In this document: positions 36,434 through 50,996 of the stretch, piece after piece
Numbering within the stretch: the first letter of the stretch is position 1
Layout of the letters: each line of letters opens with the position of its first letter
DNA from: Somniosus microcephalus
Taxonomy: Eukaryota
DNA: 64,000 bases
Reading direction: 5' to 3'
NCBI GenBank assembly: GCA_052327205.1
Contig: CM126228.1
Span: 22,692,001 to 22,756,000 of the forward strand
The notes under the pieces: generated by a model
Databases searched by the model: none
Told to the model about the DNA's origin: nothing
Seen by the model: the letters and a program-made list of their open reading frames with translations, nothing else
Translations under genes and position numbers: made by a program

Positions 36434-37769
36434 TAAAGCACTTGCCCCTGAACTACAAATGCATATATAATTTTAATTAAATCAAGTGCTGTAAAGTATT
36501 GAATTGATCTTTTTAGAACAATTTTAGAAATTATAGTGGTTGGAAGGATTCAGTACATCTGTTTCTATTTGTTTTATGTAAAAATAATATGGGTCTGAAT
36601 ATAGTTGGAACCACAGCTAATACCATTTTCAGTGTTGTCACTAGACTTTAGGGAAATGTACTGAACCAAGTATTGTGTAAATTGTTAATTAACTTGAATT
36701 GCTTCCAATGCTACAGCCACAATGACAGCCATGTAACCATTAATATTTCACCCTCGTGTTATATAGCTCAAAATGCTCTCCAAACACAATCCAAGTTTGG
36801 AAGGACATAATCTGTAATTGGATGATTTTCACAGTTCAAGTAGATATAGAATGAGTACTACTTCATACATCCTCTATTAAGCTCTACTGAATCTTAATGA
36901 CAATATTGGTAAATATTTCTAATTGTGTGACCTGTCTGTTTACTTTCAAACCTAATCTGCCTGTTCTGAATGGTGTGCAGCTGTGATGAATAATTTACTG
37001 AAGCAGTAGTTTACAATACTTTGGAAAATGTATCACCTGGGATCATTTTAAAAGGCAAACATGTCTATATTAACCAGGCAGTTATGTTTTGAGAGTTAAT
37101 CTATTGATTGAATCATAGAATAGTACATTGACGCAATGGGCCGAAGGGCCTCTTTCTGTGCTGTATAACTCTGACTACAGCACAGAAGGAGGCCATTGGG
37201 CCCATCAGGTCTGCCGACTCTTTTGACGAGCAATCCATTTAGTCCCACTCCCCCACTAGTGATCACTGTTTTTAAATGGCCTTTTCTTTTTTTAAGCTGC
37301 ATTGATTTTTCATTTTATGACATAAATTGTGGGGAATCACAGCTGCCATATTTTGAATCGCAATATAAAAGTTTGCCAGTAGTGTGTACTGATGCAGTAA
37401 GCGTTACCACGGTGTACTTTTATGGCTTTGGGACCCCTCCCAAACCTAACAAGTAAGTGATACACAATTCAGATGAATCAAATACTTATTTCAAATTTGG
37501 TAACCATGTATTGACCTAGCTGAAGCACTCCAGATATTGAGTTTGAGTTTGCTACATGTGTCTGTATAACTAATACTCATTTGTCACTGAGGTACTATTA
37601 ATGCTTTGGTTGCATAATGGCCCTTAGTGTCAAAGCCTGTGTGTTTCTTCACTCTAAAGATGGGGCAGGTAATAGAAGGTTCAAATTTTGTGTCTCTTTG
37701 ACCAAGCTTTTGGTCATCTGCCCTAATATCTTTTGTCTTATAACACTCCTGTAAAGTGCCTTGGGGTGT

Positions 37770-37912
37770 NNNNNNNNNNNNNNNNNNNNNNNNNNNNNNN
37801 NNNNNNNNNNNNNNNNNNNNNNNNNNNNNNNNNNNNNNNNNNNNNNNNNNNNNNNNNNNNNNNNNNNNNNNNNNNNNNNNNNNNNNNNNNNNNNNNNNNN
37901 NNNNNNNNNNNN
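37770..37912. other. Assembly gap (143 N) in COPS2 intron 1
   Basis: Run of N. Confidence 1.
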
Positions 37913-38629
37913 AAATATCTAGGATAGAAGATAATGAATGTGTTCTAGTTGTTACTACTTAATGTTGCAAGTAATATCACATGCAGCTTTTGGTCTACAG
38001 TAATGGGTAATCTGACTAATGGGTGAAATTGTTGGTTATATAGATTGTTATAGAATAACAATAATAATGCATGTTCAAGCTATATTACTGTCTTAGTAAT
38101 TGAAATTCTGAAGTGTACAAATATTTTACATACAAGTTATGTCATAATATTGATAATCTTCATGCAAATATTTTTAAAGACACAGTTACACTCTCAATTG
38201 ATCGTTGCTAATCATTTTAAAGCTGTTAAAGAAGAAATCTCCGCAGGAGAAGTCCTATCAAGTTCTGTTACAAAGAGTTATCATTAATGTCCTTTTGTCT
38301 GTTTTTCAGTTGGTTTGAATATTTGTTTGCTTAGTGGTTGACAATAGTATCATCAGGGGGATCGCTGAGGAGAGGTTAATGGATGGACAGTGTGAGGAAG
38401 CTGAATTACCAGTAATCATTAATCCAGGAAGGTTCTGTAATCTTGTTCATTCAGCTCCTAGAGTCATCAATTCAATACCTCTTTCTCGCTAGTATCCCTG
38501 AAGTCAATTTGAACTTACTTTTTTTTTGAGTATATGTACAAATAGCAACTTTTTTGAATGTTGGGGGAGGGCACTATTGATTATAGCATCAACCATCATA
38601 TAGGACCATCAAAGTTATTAGCAAATTAT

Positions 38630-38960
38630 TTTTTTTTTTTTTAATTCATTCGCTGAATGTGGACATCGCTGGCAAGGCTAGCATTTATTGCCCATCCCTA
38701 ATTGCCCTTGAGAAGGTGGTGGTGAGCCGCCTTCTTGAATGGCTGCAGTCCGTGTGGTGGAAGTATTCCCACAGTAGGGAGTTCCAGGATTTTGACCCAG
38801 CGACAATGAAGGAAAGGTGATATATTTCCAAGTCAGGATGGTGTGTGACCTTGGGGGTTAACTTGCAGGTGATGGTGTTCCCATGCGCTTGCTGCCCTTG
38901 TCTTTCTAGGTGGTAGAGGTCGTGGGTTTGGGAGGTGCCGTCGAAGGAGCCTTGGCTTCA
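38630..38960 (-). mobile_element. CR1-clade LINE 3' fragment, ending 70 bp upstream of COPS2 exon 2
   Basis: Same sequence family as 20095-20430, with T-run tail. Confidence 0.88.
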
Positions 38961-38967
38961 GCTGTGA

Positions 38968-39186
<219 letters not shown>

Positions 39187-39284
39187 TGAGAAGACGTGCA
39201 CATTTCATTCATAGCTTTTTTTATCAAACTCTGAGGATGACCTTTTTATGTACCTACTGAAATAATCTGGTTCCTTTAGACTAT

Positions 39285-40130
39285 AATCATAGAATGTTAC
39301 AGTGCAGAAATTAATTATTCAGGCCATTAAATCTGCTCTGGTCTTTTTCTCTGCATGAGCCACCTGGTTTAATCCTAGTCACTGCTCGCTTCCCATGCCC
39401 TTTAATATTCCTCTTTTTTGAACAACTATCTAATTCCCTTTAAAAGAATTTATGGACTCTGTTTCAACAACAGTTTATGGCAGATAGTTCCACATTGTAA
39501 CCACATTTTTGCTAACATTCTTTTAATTCCTTTTGTGATTATCTTGAATTTGTGTCCTCACATTACCATTTTACTGACCAGCGGACACAATCTATCATTA
39601 TTTAGTTTATCGTAACCCTCCATAATCTTGAAACCCTTTATCAGGTCACTCCTTAACTTTGTTTGCTCTAGTGAAAAAAGCCCTAACTTCTCAACCCTGC
39701 TAACATCCTTATGAATCCAAGCTGAATTTTTTTGATTGTTTTTATGGCCTTCATATAATGTGGTGCCCAAAATTTGCACAGTATTCTAAGTACAGCTCAG
39801 CTAATTTTTTGTACAAATACAATGTTACCTCCTTTTGTATTCTGTCTCCAGATACAAAACCAAGTATTCTGTTTTCCATTTTTTAATGGCCTTATCTACT
39901 TGTCCTGACACCTTTTTTAATGACCTATGTATCTGCCTGCCAAGGTCCCTCCTAATCCATTGAAAATGTTACCATTTATTGTGTATTTCCTTTTCCTATC
40001 CTTTTTCTACATTAAACTGCATCTATCACCTATCTGTCCATCCTGCTGATCTATCCATGTGCTCCTGCGGTCTTTCACAGTCCTCGTCATGGCTGTCATA
40101 CGTCCTCCCCCGATTTGGTGTTATTTAGTA
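39285..40130 (-). mobile_element. Old CR1 LINE fragment
   Basis: ORF 39558..39779: LGLFSLEQTKLRSDLIKGFKIMEG, the CR1 ORF2 C-terminus. Confidence 0.8.
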
Positions 40131-40842
40131 TCTCTGTCATTCCCCCACGCTCCACTAAAAATTTTCTTCTGAGACTCATAGTCAAATAAGTGGGAGTTGG
40201 AGTTATATTCTACTTGGCTTCAAGCAGTATAGAACAGTCTAACTTTTTATATCTATTTTGCTACTCTTAATTTACACATTTTAACAGGGTCAATGCCAAT
40301 TAACAAAAAAACCGATGGAGACAACACAATTGGCAGTCCAAAATATAATTTAGTAACTTAAGTAGGATTATCTTAATATCCTTGTTGGCTTGCTTCTCCA
40401 GTCGTTTTTGCTCATTTTGCTAGATTTGTGGTTTGTAATTTATGATCAACCAGTTTCAAATTCGGTTAGAGGTTTGTTCTAGATTTGGTTGTGGTCTAAT
40501 TCAAGGAAACTGTTGTTTAGAATATTAGCATGGTACTTGTCTTTCAGACTAATTTATAATTCTCTTCAGATCCAAGAGTTTTGTTCACGACTCTCAAATC
40601 TGAAGTTTTTTTTTTAATGAAGATGTGTAATTGCAGTTTCTTCTGTTGAAGATTTTTTTTAAATCCTTCCCTCTTCCATAAAGTTCATGAGATTCATCTT
40701 ATCCTGAATTTTTACTTGTCATCAGCAATTTTCTTAAAATGCATTGAGAACAATCTGCAGGTTGCTAAGTCAAGTAAAAGCTGATTGGCTTTAAATAACT
40801 CTGGATGAAGCTGTTGCTTAGTAATTACTTAGTAAAAACTTT

Positions 40843-41839
40843 GGGGGGGAAATTCAGTTGTTTGCACCTCCCGTTAGCGCCTTAAGAGGGCGCTAGTGGG
40901 GCACAAAGCAACTAGCGCCCGGGCGTGGCGATGTTTGCGCCACTCGCGAAATTAACTAGACATTTTGCGACGGCGCTAAACACTACCGCCACGATCTCCT
41001 GCGCCGGCAGATCGTGACGTCAGTCGAGTTCGCAACACCCCGGTAGCGCCCAGGACCGGATATTGAGTGGCGCCCCTTGCCTTGCCGCCTGCCGCTAGCA
41101 ACGACTGGTTGAGGGGAGCGCTTTGCAGTCAGGAAGGGACTGGGGGAGCGCTGTTTAAAGGCGACCGCTTCCTGCCTTTTTTTGTTGGTGACATTTTTGC
41201 ACCATGCATTTTGAGAGAGAGAGACTCTCTTCTGGAGAGATTCAACACTGTGAAGGAGTTTTGCATACTGAGCAGCACTTTGCAGGTTCATTTTGATTTG
41301 CCCTTGTATCTATTTAGAAGAGACTGTGGGGGCTGCATTCTGAGCTCTTTTCCCTGGGTGTCTCCATTGTTCTTTCCAGCAGATTTGATGTACAGGTCTC
41401 TCCAGGCCGAGATTCAAGGCTGCAATGAGCAGGATGTGGATGGAGTGCAAAATCAACCCTCCCCTTTTAAGATAAAAACAAAAAATGCTGGAGAAACTCA
41501 GCAGGTCAAGCAGCATCTGTGAAGAGAGAAACAGAGTTAACGTTTTAGGTCGATGACCTTTCGTCAGAACTCCCCTTTAAGAACTGGCCGGTGCCAGTGA
41601 GTCTGTGTTCCATTGCTGACTGACATCACATGAGCTTCGCCAGCACTCTGAGGTAGCGCCTCACTCCTCGGCCTTTGCGCCTTAAGACAGGTGTGAAGCG
41701 TCTGATTTAGCGCTCCAATCACGTCCAGGGGCGATAAAAGCCAAGTTTGCCATCGGAAGCGATAATTAGCGCCAGGCGCTAAACTTTGCGCACGGCCGCT
41801 AATGGCGCCCCAAACAGGGCGATACCGAATTTTTCCCCC
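40843..41839. mobile_element. GC-rich Harbinger-like MITE with nested Penelope-like fragment (41473-41569)
   Basis: GGGGGAAATTC...GAATTTTTCCCCC TIRs. Insert is flanked by CTCCCCTTT(T)AAGA duplication and carries a mutated hammerhead core on the - strand. Confidence 0.8.
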
Positions 41840-42639
41840 TTTGGATTTCAGCTGACAAGGTGCTTGCTTGACTCCTCAGTAGTGGTTAAATGTGTTGTAA
41901 CTGGTTGAAGTGTAGCAAAGTTATTTTATAACTTAGTTTTTTAAAAATGTCTTTGTCCTTTTGTGGTATCAAAGTTCTGTGAATGAATAGATATTGCAAG
42001 AAACCTCCCAAAACACTGATGTTCATCTTACATGCACAGCAAATGCTATCTGCTTTGGTTTAATACCTTTTACAGCTTAAAATGTAATTTGTTTCCAATA
42101 ATTAAAAACTGCATTTCATTACAAATAGTAGTGCAAAAATCAAGTGCTTGCAAAATACAAAGAACCTCCACAAATCACCATCTAAACCTGCCTAGCTTAG
42201 GAGATATATCCCAATGTTCATCTTTCATCAGAAAATAATCACCGTTAACAGCTGAGTTGTCTAGGCTGTATCATTGTTAACAAGATTGAGACATGGTATC
42301 ATACGGTACATTCACACTTGGTGTTGTGTTGGTGCAAAGCAGTTCTAGTGTAAAAGCAGCCAGAATCTGGACTTGGGGCCTGACCTGACCATGGAGCGAA
42401 GTGGAGGGAGCCTCACGCCACTTCGGGCCATGATGCCTGATTTGCATTATAACAGTTCAGCGTCAGTGGAGGGCCACAATTGTTTCATGCCAGTGCTAAA
42501 CCTGTAATGCAATTGCACCCATCGTCCCAATGAAAGGAGATTACAGAGAAAGTAGCATATTCAACATTTTGTACATGTGAACACTTAATTCACCATGGCT
42601 GCACGCTGCAATTCCCATATTTCAGAGCACAGGCTACTA

Positions 42640-42954
42640 CAGGAAACTTTGTTATCCGGAGGCTAAATGTCCGGCAAGCTCGAGCCACCGGCAAAAATCA
42701 GGAGCCATTTCGTTAGGTTTTTTTTCTTTTTGTTGCTTTTTTTCTCAACAGTCAAGCTCTGCAAGGTCTCGCTGAAGCTAAGCTACAGAGACGCTTGCAA
42801 GATACGGCCGACTGTTTAGAAGCTGTGGGTTTGTTGCCAGATACGGAGCTCAAAATCTCCGTATGTTTCAACATTAGCGCTGGTTTGTCCGGCAGTTTTG
42901 ATGGGAACGGCAACAGCTCGGTCCCGTCGGTGCCGGATAGCACAAAGTTTCCTG
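42640..42954. mobile_element. Tc1/mariner-type MITE, family B, copy 1
   Basis: TA|CAGGAAACTTTG...CAAAGTTTCCTG|TA. Confidence 0.9.
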
Positions 42955-43165
42955 TATTAAACATTTTGAACATTCAGCTGCACATTTTCTTGGAGATGAA
43001 AACAACTCGGGTACAAATCCCCTCTTAAAATAATACATTAAAACAACACATTAAAACAACTGTTAATTTTCTAGTTCAAGTAATTTTGAACTGTAATAAT
43101 TAAGGAACAACAATTTAAGGAATAAATGGCTATCTTTGACAAATGTATGAAATCTAAATATTTAA

Positions 43166-43288
<123 letters not shown>

Positions 43289-43577
43289 TAGACCTCAGTA
43301 GAAACTCCCTGCAATCATACCAATTGTATATGTATTTTAAAAACAAAAACATTTCTCTCTGAATATCAAGGTGGTAAAATAATGATAGATGCACTCACTA
43401 AATTATTTGTTACTGTTCTTTCGGTTAAAAAAAACTCTTCTCCAAAGTTTTTGAGCTTAATCTAGTTCTTTAGTGACCTGTTTTCTTGTGTATGTTTGAC
43501 TGCTAAATTCTAAAAGATTCCACATAATGTCTTAAGTATAAAAGTGATGTTCAATTAAAGACACAAATAGAAGATAA

Positions 43578-43730
<153 letters not shown>

Positions 43731-44154
43731 TAAAACTGATCTGGTAGAACTTTCTTATTGGGTGTTGACGTTTAACATATCGTTTCATAATATTTTATTG
43801 AAGCCATGCGCTGCCATAATTGTGGAGGAGGGAGAAATCTTGAAAAATCAACAGATTTAAATATTATGCTGCTTATCAAATACAAATTTTAAATCCGTTC
43901 TCCTTTCAAGCAATGAATGAAAATTTAAACATTCACAAATGCACTCACCGTGTTTTTACATTGGGTCTGTAAGACTGGCAGTTAATTTGTGGATGAATCG
44001 GTATGGCTAGACAATGAGAAACGGAGAATGGCCAAAATGTGAAGTTATCTGAGACGAGGAGAACAAGCTTGTAGGATTCCCCATATATGATTTACACAAT
44101 CTACATAAACTATCAAATAAAGGGGTTAAACCCAGAAATCAACAACTTGCGGTT

Positions 44155-44945
44155 AAAAGTGCCTTTCATATATTTAAAAAAAAAAAAAAAAAAATCCCAA
44201 GGCACTTCACAGAAGCATAATCAGACAAAAAAGTTAACGCCAAGCAGGTAGGTGACAAGGGAGGCGAGGAAGTGGAGAGGCGAGGGGTTAGGGCCCAGAT
44301 GGTTGAAGGTATGGCCACTAATGGTGGGTTGAAAGGAGTCGGCAACGCACAAGCGATCTGGAGGAATGCAGGGTTCTCAAAGGATTGTAGGGCTGGAGAA
44401 GGTTGCAGAGTTAGGGAGGGACAAGGCCATGAGGGATCTAAACACAAAAGGATGAGAATTTTAATTGGGAGGCTTTGGCAGTTGGGGGGGCTGGTGTCTG
44501 GGAGCCAAGATAGATCAGCAAACACAAGGGTGATTGCTGAGAGGGACTTGGTGTGGAATAGGATAAAGGAAGCAATGTTTTGGATATGCTGAAGTTTATG
44601 GAGGATGGGAGGCTAGCCAGGAGAGCATTGGAATAGTCGAGTCTGGAGGTAATAAAAGCGTGGATGAGGGTTTCAGCAGCAGGTGGGCTGACGCAGGGGT
44701 GGAGGTGGAAGTAAGTGGTGTTTCTGATGAAGAGGAAATTCGGGTTCAGGGTTGCAGAGGACGTCCGGGGTTGCGAACAGTGTGGCTTAGCCTGAGACAG
44801 TGGCTGGGGAAGGTGGATGGAATCGGTGGCAAGGGTATGGAGTTTGAGGCGGTTGCCGAAGATGATGGCTTCTGTCTTAGCAATGTTTAGTTGGAGGAAT
44901 TTGTGGCTCATCCAAGGCTGGGTGTTGGACAAGCAGTCTAACACT
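44155..44945 (-). mobile_element. L2-clade LINE 3' fragment
   Basis: ORF 44438..44944: WMSHKFLQLNIAKTEAIIFG...AETLIHAFITSRLDYSNALL, typical of the L2 RT C-terminus. Confidence 0.88.
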
Positions 44946-46109
44946 ACAGAACAATTTATTTAAAAATGGTATCATACACTGTCAACTGCAAGGATGTAGA
45001 ATGGATTTGTATAATGCATTAGGGAGATGAAACTTTACAAAACAAATTTAGCCGCTACAAAACAAATTTAGCTGCTGCACCACCAATCAGGTGGATGCAT
45101 TAATAATCAGTAAATAACACTTGTACCTGTCTCAGAAGTATATGTCTACATCAGTTGACTTATTTTCTCCCTAATCTATATAGCCATCAGGATAGAGAGA
45201 AGATAAAGTGTTGCATGTGCAAATATGGAAAGTGGCTATGTTGACCTTTCCAGATTTTTCTCTGTTTAATCCTAATTTTAGAATGAATCTTAGTGATGTA
45301 ATTAACAGTTTTAAACTAAAATCAGAATGCTTAAGTATAAACAGAGAGCTAAAGGGACTGAGTTTATTTTTGTAACATCAAGAATGAAGTCAGGGATTTT
45401 CCCAGGATTTCAGGTCCTGATTGCTATCCAGTGATGCCTGCTGGAAAATGCCCTTATAGGCAGGGTCAGCTATGATGTCTTTCACTGTTGAACAGCCTGT
45501 CAGCACTTACCTCATCGGTTCTCATAAAGAGCAGCTATTTGGTTGAAGTTCTGGAGGACTGTTGGCACCTGGGGAACACTATGTTAGCATAAGTCACCAT
45601 CTTCACAAGACAATGAATATAAATTCAATTTTCACATAAAAAAGAATGACAACTTTGATACATTTATGGTAATTTTTATAATGTATCTGATGTACTTATG
45701 CAGTGTTCATGTATGTCCCTACTTTTAGTATGCTTTCCATTTTGTGAACTTCATATGTGTCCAATTATGTTTATTTTAATCTTCTGCACTATGTTGGTGG
45801 TAAAGGTAAATGTGAGGATCTAGGATTAATCAAGCACTTTAGCTTGTCAGTGGAATGCCAACTTTTCTGTTATCTTCTGGCTCTTTTAAAACTTATTCTT
45901 CACTATGATAAACGTCCTAGTACTTTATGAAACTTGTCCTTTCTCTATGATACTTTTCACTTGAAGGTTAAAGAGGGAAGCTAATTCCTTTGAAGAAGGT
46001 CATTTCAAGGATCTCATCAGTGATCCTTGAGTTTAAGGTGCATTTCCAGTTTTGCAATCCTTTATGTCGCAGAAGTAATGTACTTCATAGTAAGCAAATT
46101 TTATGTAAT

Positions 46110-46495
46110 GAAAAGAAAGAACTTGTATTTATATAGTGCCTTTCACAGTGCTTTGCAGCCAATTAAGTACTTTTGAAGTGTAGCCACTGTTGTAATGTAG
46201 GGAAATGCGGCAGCCAGTTTCGCACAGCAAGGTCCCACAAACAGCAATGTAATGTTGCTAGAGGGATATATATTGGCCAGGACACCAGGCGAACTTCTCT
46301 TCTTCGAATAGTGCCATGGGATCTCGTACATCCACCTGGAAGGACAGATGGGCCTCCCTTTTAAATGTCTCATCTGGAAAACACCTCTCACAATACTGCA
46401 CTGAAATTTCAGCCTGGAATATCTGTTCAAGTCCTAGAGTGGGGCTTAAGCCCACACACCACCTGACTCCGAGGTGGAAGTCCTACCACTGAGTC
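46110..46495 (-). mobile_element. DeuSINE (SacSINE1-like)
   Basis: Colinear with the other copies. Confidence 0.85.
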
Positions 46496-47073
46496 TAGAC
46501 TGGTAGAATTCAGGACTCCGAAGCAGTGCACCAGCTCCTGATCAGTTTCCAAAAAGTTTCTCCGTGTCCTTCTCCTGTACATTGTGAAACTAAACAGACA
46601 AAAAGTGTGGAAACAGTGATGGATGCTGGATTAGTAAATAAATCAAATTTGTTAAAGTTTTTCATAAGCATTAGTTCCATTAAGTTAAATTGAAAGAATA
46701 CAGAATATAACACCGCCCAGTACAAATGATCTGTAGCAGTAAAAATAAAAAGATTAATGTTCCCTGTTAATTCCTTACCCCTCCCCTCTTTCTGAAAATA
46801 AATTAACATGAGTTGAGTTATTTTAGCAGTGGACAGTATTTCAGCTCCAAGATATCACTGGACACCTGGGTGGGGAGGGGGGGGTGCCTGTCTTTTGAAA
46901 ATTTACTCTCATGGTGACTCAAAAAAAAAAAATGGAAAATGGGGCTTTTTATATAGCCAGTGAGAAAACAAAATAATTGCTTATCCACAACGTTCCACGG
47001 TATGCCCTTAGGCGCATCTTCTAATCACTGCAGAATTTCCTCCCCCCCCCCCCCCAAGCTCTTTTCCTTAGTA

Positions 47074-47410
47074 CAGGAAACTTTGTGGTGTCCGGAGGCT
47101 AAGTGTCCGGCAAGCTCGAGCCACCAGCAAAAATCAGGAGCCGTTTTGTTAGGTTTTTTTTCTTTTCGTGGCTTTTTTTTTTCCAACAGTCAGGCTCTGG
47201 AAAGTCTCTCTGAAGCTGTTGCTAAGCTACAGAGACGCTTCCAAGGTACGGGCCGACTGTTTAGAAGCTGTTGCTAAGCAACAGTGTTTGTTGTCAGATA
47301 CGGAGATGAAAAGCTCCGTATGCTTCAACATTAACGCTGGTGTGTCCGGCAGTTTTGAGGGAACGGCAACAGCTCGGTCCCGTCTGTGCCGGATAGCACA
47401 AAGTTTCCTG
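47074..47410. mobile_element. MITE family B, copy 2
   Basis: Same TIRs and TA TSD. Confidence 0.9.
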
Positions 47411-49194
47411 TACATGCACTCGCGTTTAACAGCAGACTACAAGGATGTAGGACAAGGAAATGTTACTCTGGTTTCGTTTGAGTCTCATTGTAGAGCCAGA
47501 GTAGAGAGGTTTTAACCTGCATCTATATTCTATGCCTTTTGAGACTGTTTGACATTCCTGGCCTTGAAAGCATAAATGTTCAGTGCTATTCCAATCGCTT
47601 CCGCTCCCTTCCCCACCAAACGCTCCACGTGCCATAACTTGCCGTGGCAAGAGTACTGACAATTTCTCATCACAAGCCAGAAGCACTCGCATGTTATCTC
47701 TCCTAACTAGGAGGGAGAGTGTAGAGAAGGGAAGCATTCTTGGAGACTTTAATATACTTTTTCCAGTCTTATTATTTCTCTCAATTTTGTTTTGCCTACT
47801 TTTTTTTATGGTTTATTTGCTTTTCATTTTTGTTTCTGAACTTGTGTTTTTTGTGGTGTCCTCCTTTTCTGAACCTATTTTCTTTAACTTTTTCTCTTTT
47901 TGTCACATTACTTTTTCTTCCCATTTTAACATCTTTCTGTCCTTTTCACATTTTTATTTCTATCTCCTCCTTCCCTTTTTTTTTTTTCTCCCTTACCTGC
48001 CCTCTCCGGAACCTGTTACATCTACCTTGGTCAAGCAGCAGAAGTCGATGAAGAGGCAGGGTAGCAGCGGGGGAATCGCAGAAACGGACCTGAAAGCTTG
48101 CTTTGGCGGGGAAGCTGAATCAAAGGTCAGAAAAAGATTTGCATAATGTCAGGAGCCAAAGATATGGACCAGAATCTAACTTCAGTGCTTGCTGTTTGCT
48201 TTTTCTTGGGGTTAAGTAAATCAGAGCTACTTTAATCTACAATCAATCATTTAATAGGCCTGGTAGTGTGTATAGGTACAGACATGTGGGAATTGTGGAA
48301 ATAGCAAGAGAGTAAGCACATTTGAACTTTGCACAGTTTCAGGATTATGTAAATCATTCATAATTCCCAAGATTTGTGTAGCCATGTAGGCCTCGTAACA
48401 TGAATTAAACTTGACAAAGTTCCATGGGAATAGTGTGTAGTGTTTACTGATGGGAACAAATTAAGTAAATTGAAATGCTGCAGTACTTGTTTCCTGCCTC
48501 TAGCGTGACCCATCATATATTCTCGTGGAGCAATATATGTTACAGTAACCACTGGATCCTCACAAAATGCCTTGGGACCTGACTATTTTGACATTGAGCC
48601 TGTCTGAGTATGGCCACAAATGTTTTTCTGCTGCTAAAGAAGCTGACTATTATTTTTAAAATTAGAAATAAAGAAATTATTGTAAAAAATTAAACAATTA
48701 AATTAATTTTATCGCTCTTCACCCCCTCTCCTCTTTTTTTTCCCCCCCCCCCTTAGACGAAAGGAAATTCTTCTAATGTGCAGAATAAGCTGCCAGCGGT
48801 CACCGAGCGTAGTTTCTTTTTAACTTAAGAATGACAGTGAGTAGATTTGTCAGTGAAGGCTGATGTGTGCAAGATTACATCTTGGGCAAGATGATGATAG
48901 ATGATCTGGTTTGGGAATGAGGATAGCAACAAGTAACAGCTAGCTGCAGCACCAGTGCACAAGATTGAATGGGTTTGATGAAGAAATGGCCTTTTCTCAC
49001 TTGACACTTCTATACTTAATAACGATCAGTATTACAGACCCAATGTAAACTTTTGGTCCATGCTTACAGTTACAAACCTTGGCATTTCAGCTTGTGATCC
49101 AAATCTGATCACTTTTTTACTATTTCAATTTGGATCATGATCCATACTTAAAAAAATAACATGCAATTGTTGGGGGGAATGCAACTCTATTTGA

Positions 49195-49374
<180 letters not shown>

Positions 49375-49407
49375 TAGCAACTGTGAGTGATACCCAATTG
49401 AATATGA

Positions 49408-49506
<99 letters not shown>

Positions 49507-50194
49507 TGATTTCACTTGGAAAAATATTGTGATTGCGTCAAGAACAGAACATTATCCAGAGAACAGTAAAGAAGATCTGGATTAAGTATCAGAGTTTTTT
49601 GATGACGATAGCTTTTTGACCTGGTACTTGTGTGGGGCAGTTAACTAGAGACTGGTCACTAAGATATGCAATATTGACTTCAGGTAACTCCAAGGCGTCT
49701 CTTGATAGTACGTCCAAGATTGAGAATCTTGGGTATGAACCTGCGCATGGTTGTAGATGTTATGGAGGCAAAAATAGAAGTGTTATTTCTAGCTTTATAC
49801 ACAACTAGAATGAAGACATTTTTTTACGGTTTATTTTAATTCCCTGTTTCACTAGAAGTGAGGAAGGGCATTATTAGTATTATTATCTTTCTGCTTCTCT
49901 CATGTAATTTGCCACCTCTGAACTGAACGCTTCTTCATATTTTAAACTTAAATGTTTTCTACTTGTTTGACGCGTGGAATTCCTGCCAAAAAATGAACAG
50001 GGTGAGAATTATTCACGTGCCTAACAAATAATATCCTAGTAGCCAAATTTAATTTGCAAATTTTACCAATCTGCATAATTAATAGTTTTGCTTTTCAACG
50101 TCATCTGTTTATCATGTCTTTCAAAGATGTTGCACCTCAAAGGTATCCAAAAGGTTAGTGACGGGCTGAATACGCACTTAGTTGTTAAAAGAGA

Positions 50195-50630
50195 GAATAA
50201 CTTGCATTTATATATTGCTTTTTACAGCCATCGGATGCCCCAAAGCACTTCGCAGCCAATGAAGTACTTTTGAAGTGTAGTCACTGTTGTAATATAACAC
50301 GGTAACCAATTTACACACAGCAAGGTCCCAGAAACAGCAATGAGATAAATGACCAGTTAATCTATTTTAGTGTTGTTGGTTGAAGATTTTGTACGTTAGG
50401 ACAGTGGGGGAGCTCTCCTGCTATTCTTCAAATACAGCCATTGGATCTTTTACGTTCACCAGTACACAGTTAAAATTTCATCCAAAAGACAGCATCTCCA
50501 AAAGCGTAGCACTCCGTTAATTCAGACTGTCACCTCAGTGAAGTACTATGTGCTGAAGTCTTTGGAGCAGGGCTTGAACCCATGACCTTCTGATAGAGAC
50601 GAAAGTGTTACACTGAGCCAAAACTGACAC
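50195..50630 (-). mobile_element. DeuSINE (SacSINE1-like)
   Basis: Colinear with the other copies. Confidence 0.85.
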
Positions 50631-50697
50631 CTAGTTAAATTATCAAATCAATCGACTAAATGTGAAAGCATGGAAAAGTATCAATGAGGAACAAGTA

Positions 50698-50996
50698 CAG
50701 GAAACTTTGGTTTATCCAGAGGTTAACTGTCCGGAATGCTCGAGCCACCGGCAAAAATCAGGAGCCGTTTCGTTAGGTTTTTTTTCTTTTTGTTGCTTTT
50801 TTCTCTCAACAGTCAAGCTCTGCAAGGTCTCTCTGAAGCTGTTGCTAAGCTACAGAGACGCTTGCAAGGTACGGCCGACTGTTTAGAAGCAGGGTTTGTT
50901 GCCGTATGTTTCAACATTAGCGCTGGTTTGTCTGGCAGTTTTGATGGGACGGCAACAGCTCCGTCCCGTCGGTGCTGGATAGCACAAAGTTTCCTG
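50698..50996. mobile_element. MITE family B, copy 3
   Basis: Same TIRs and TA TSD. Confidence 0.9.

Noticed and set aside
47583-48146. 187-aa Phe-rich ORF
   Set aside because: Product of a low-complexity T/C tract that is poor in stop codons.
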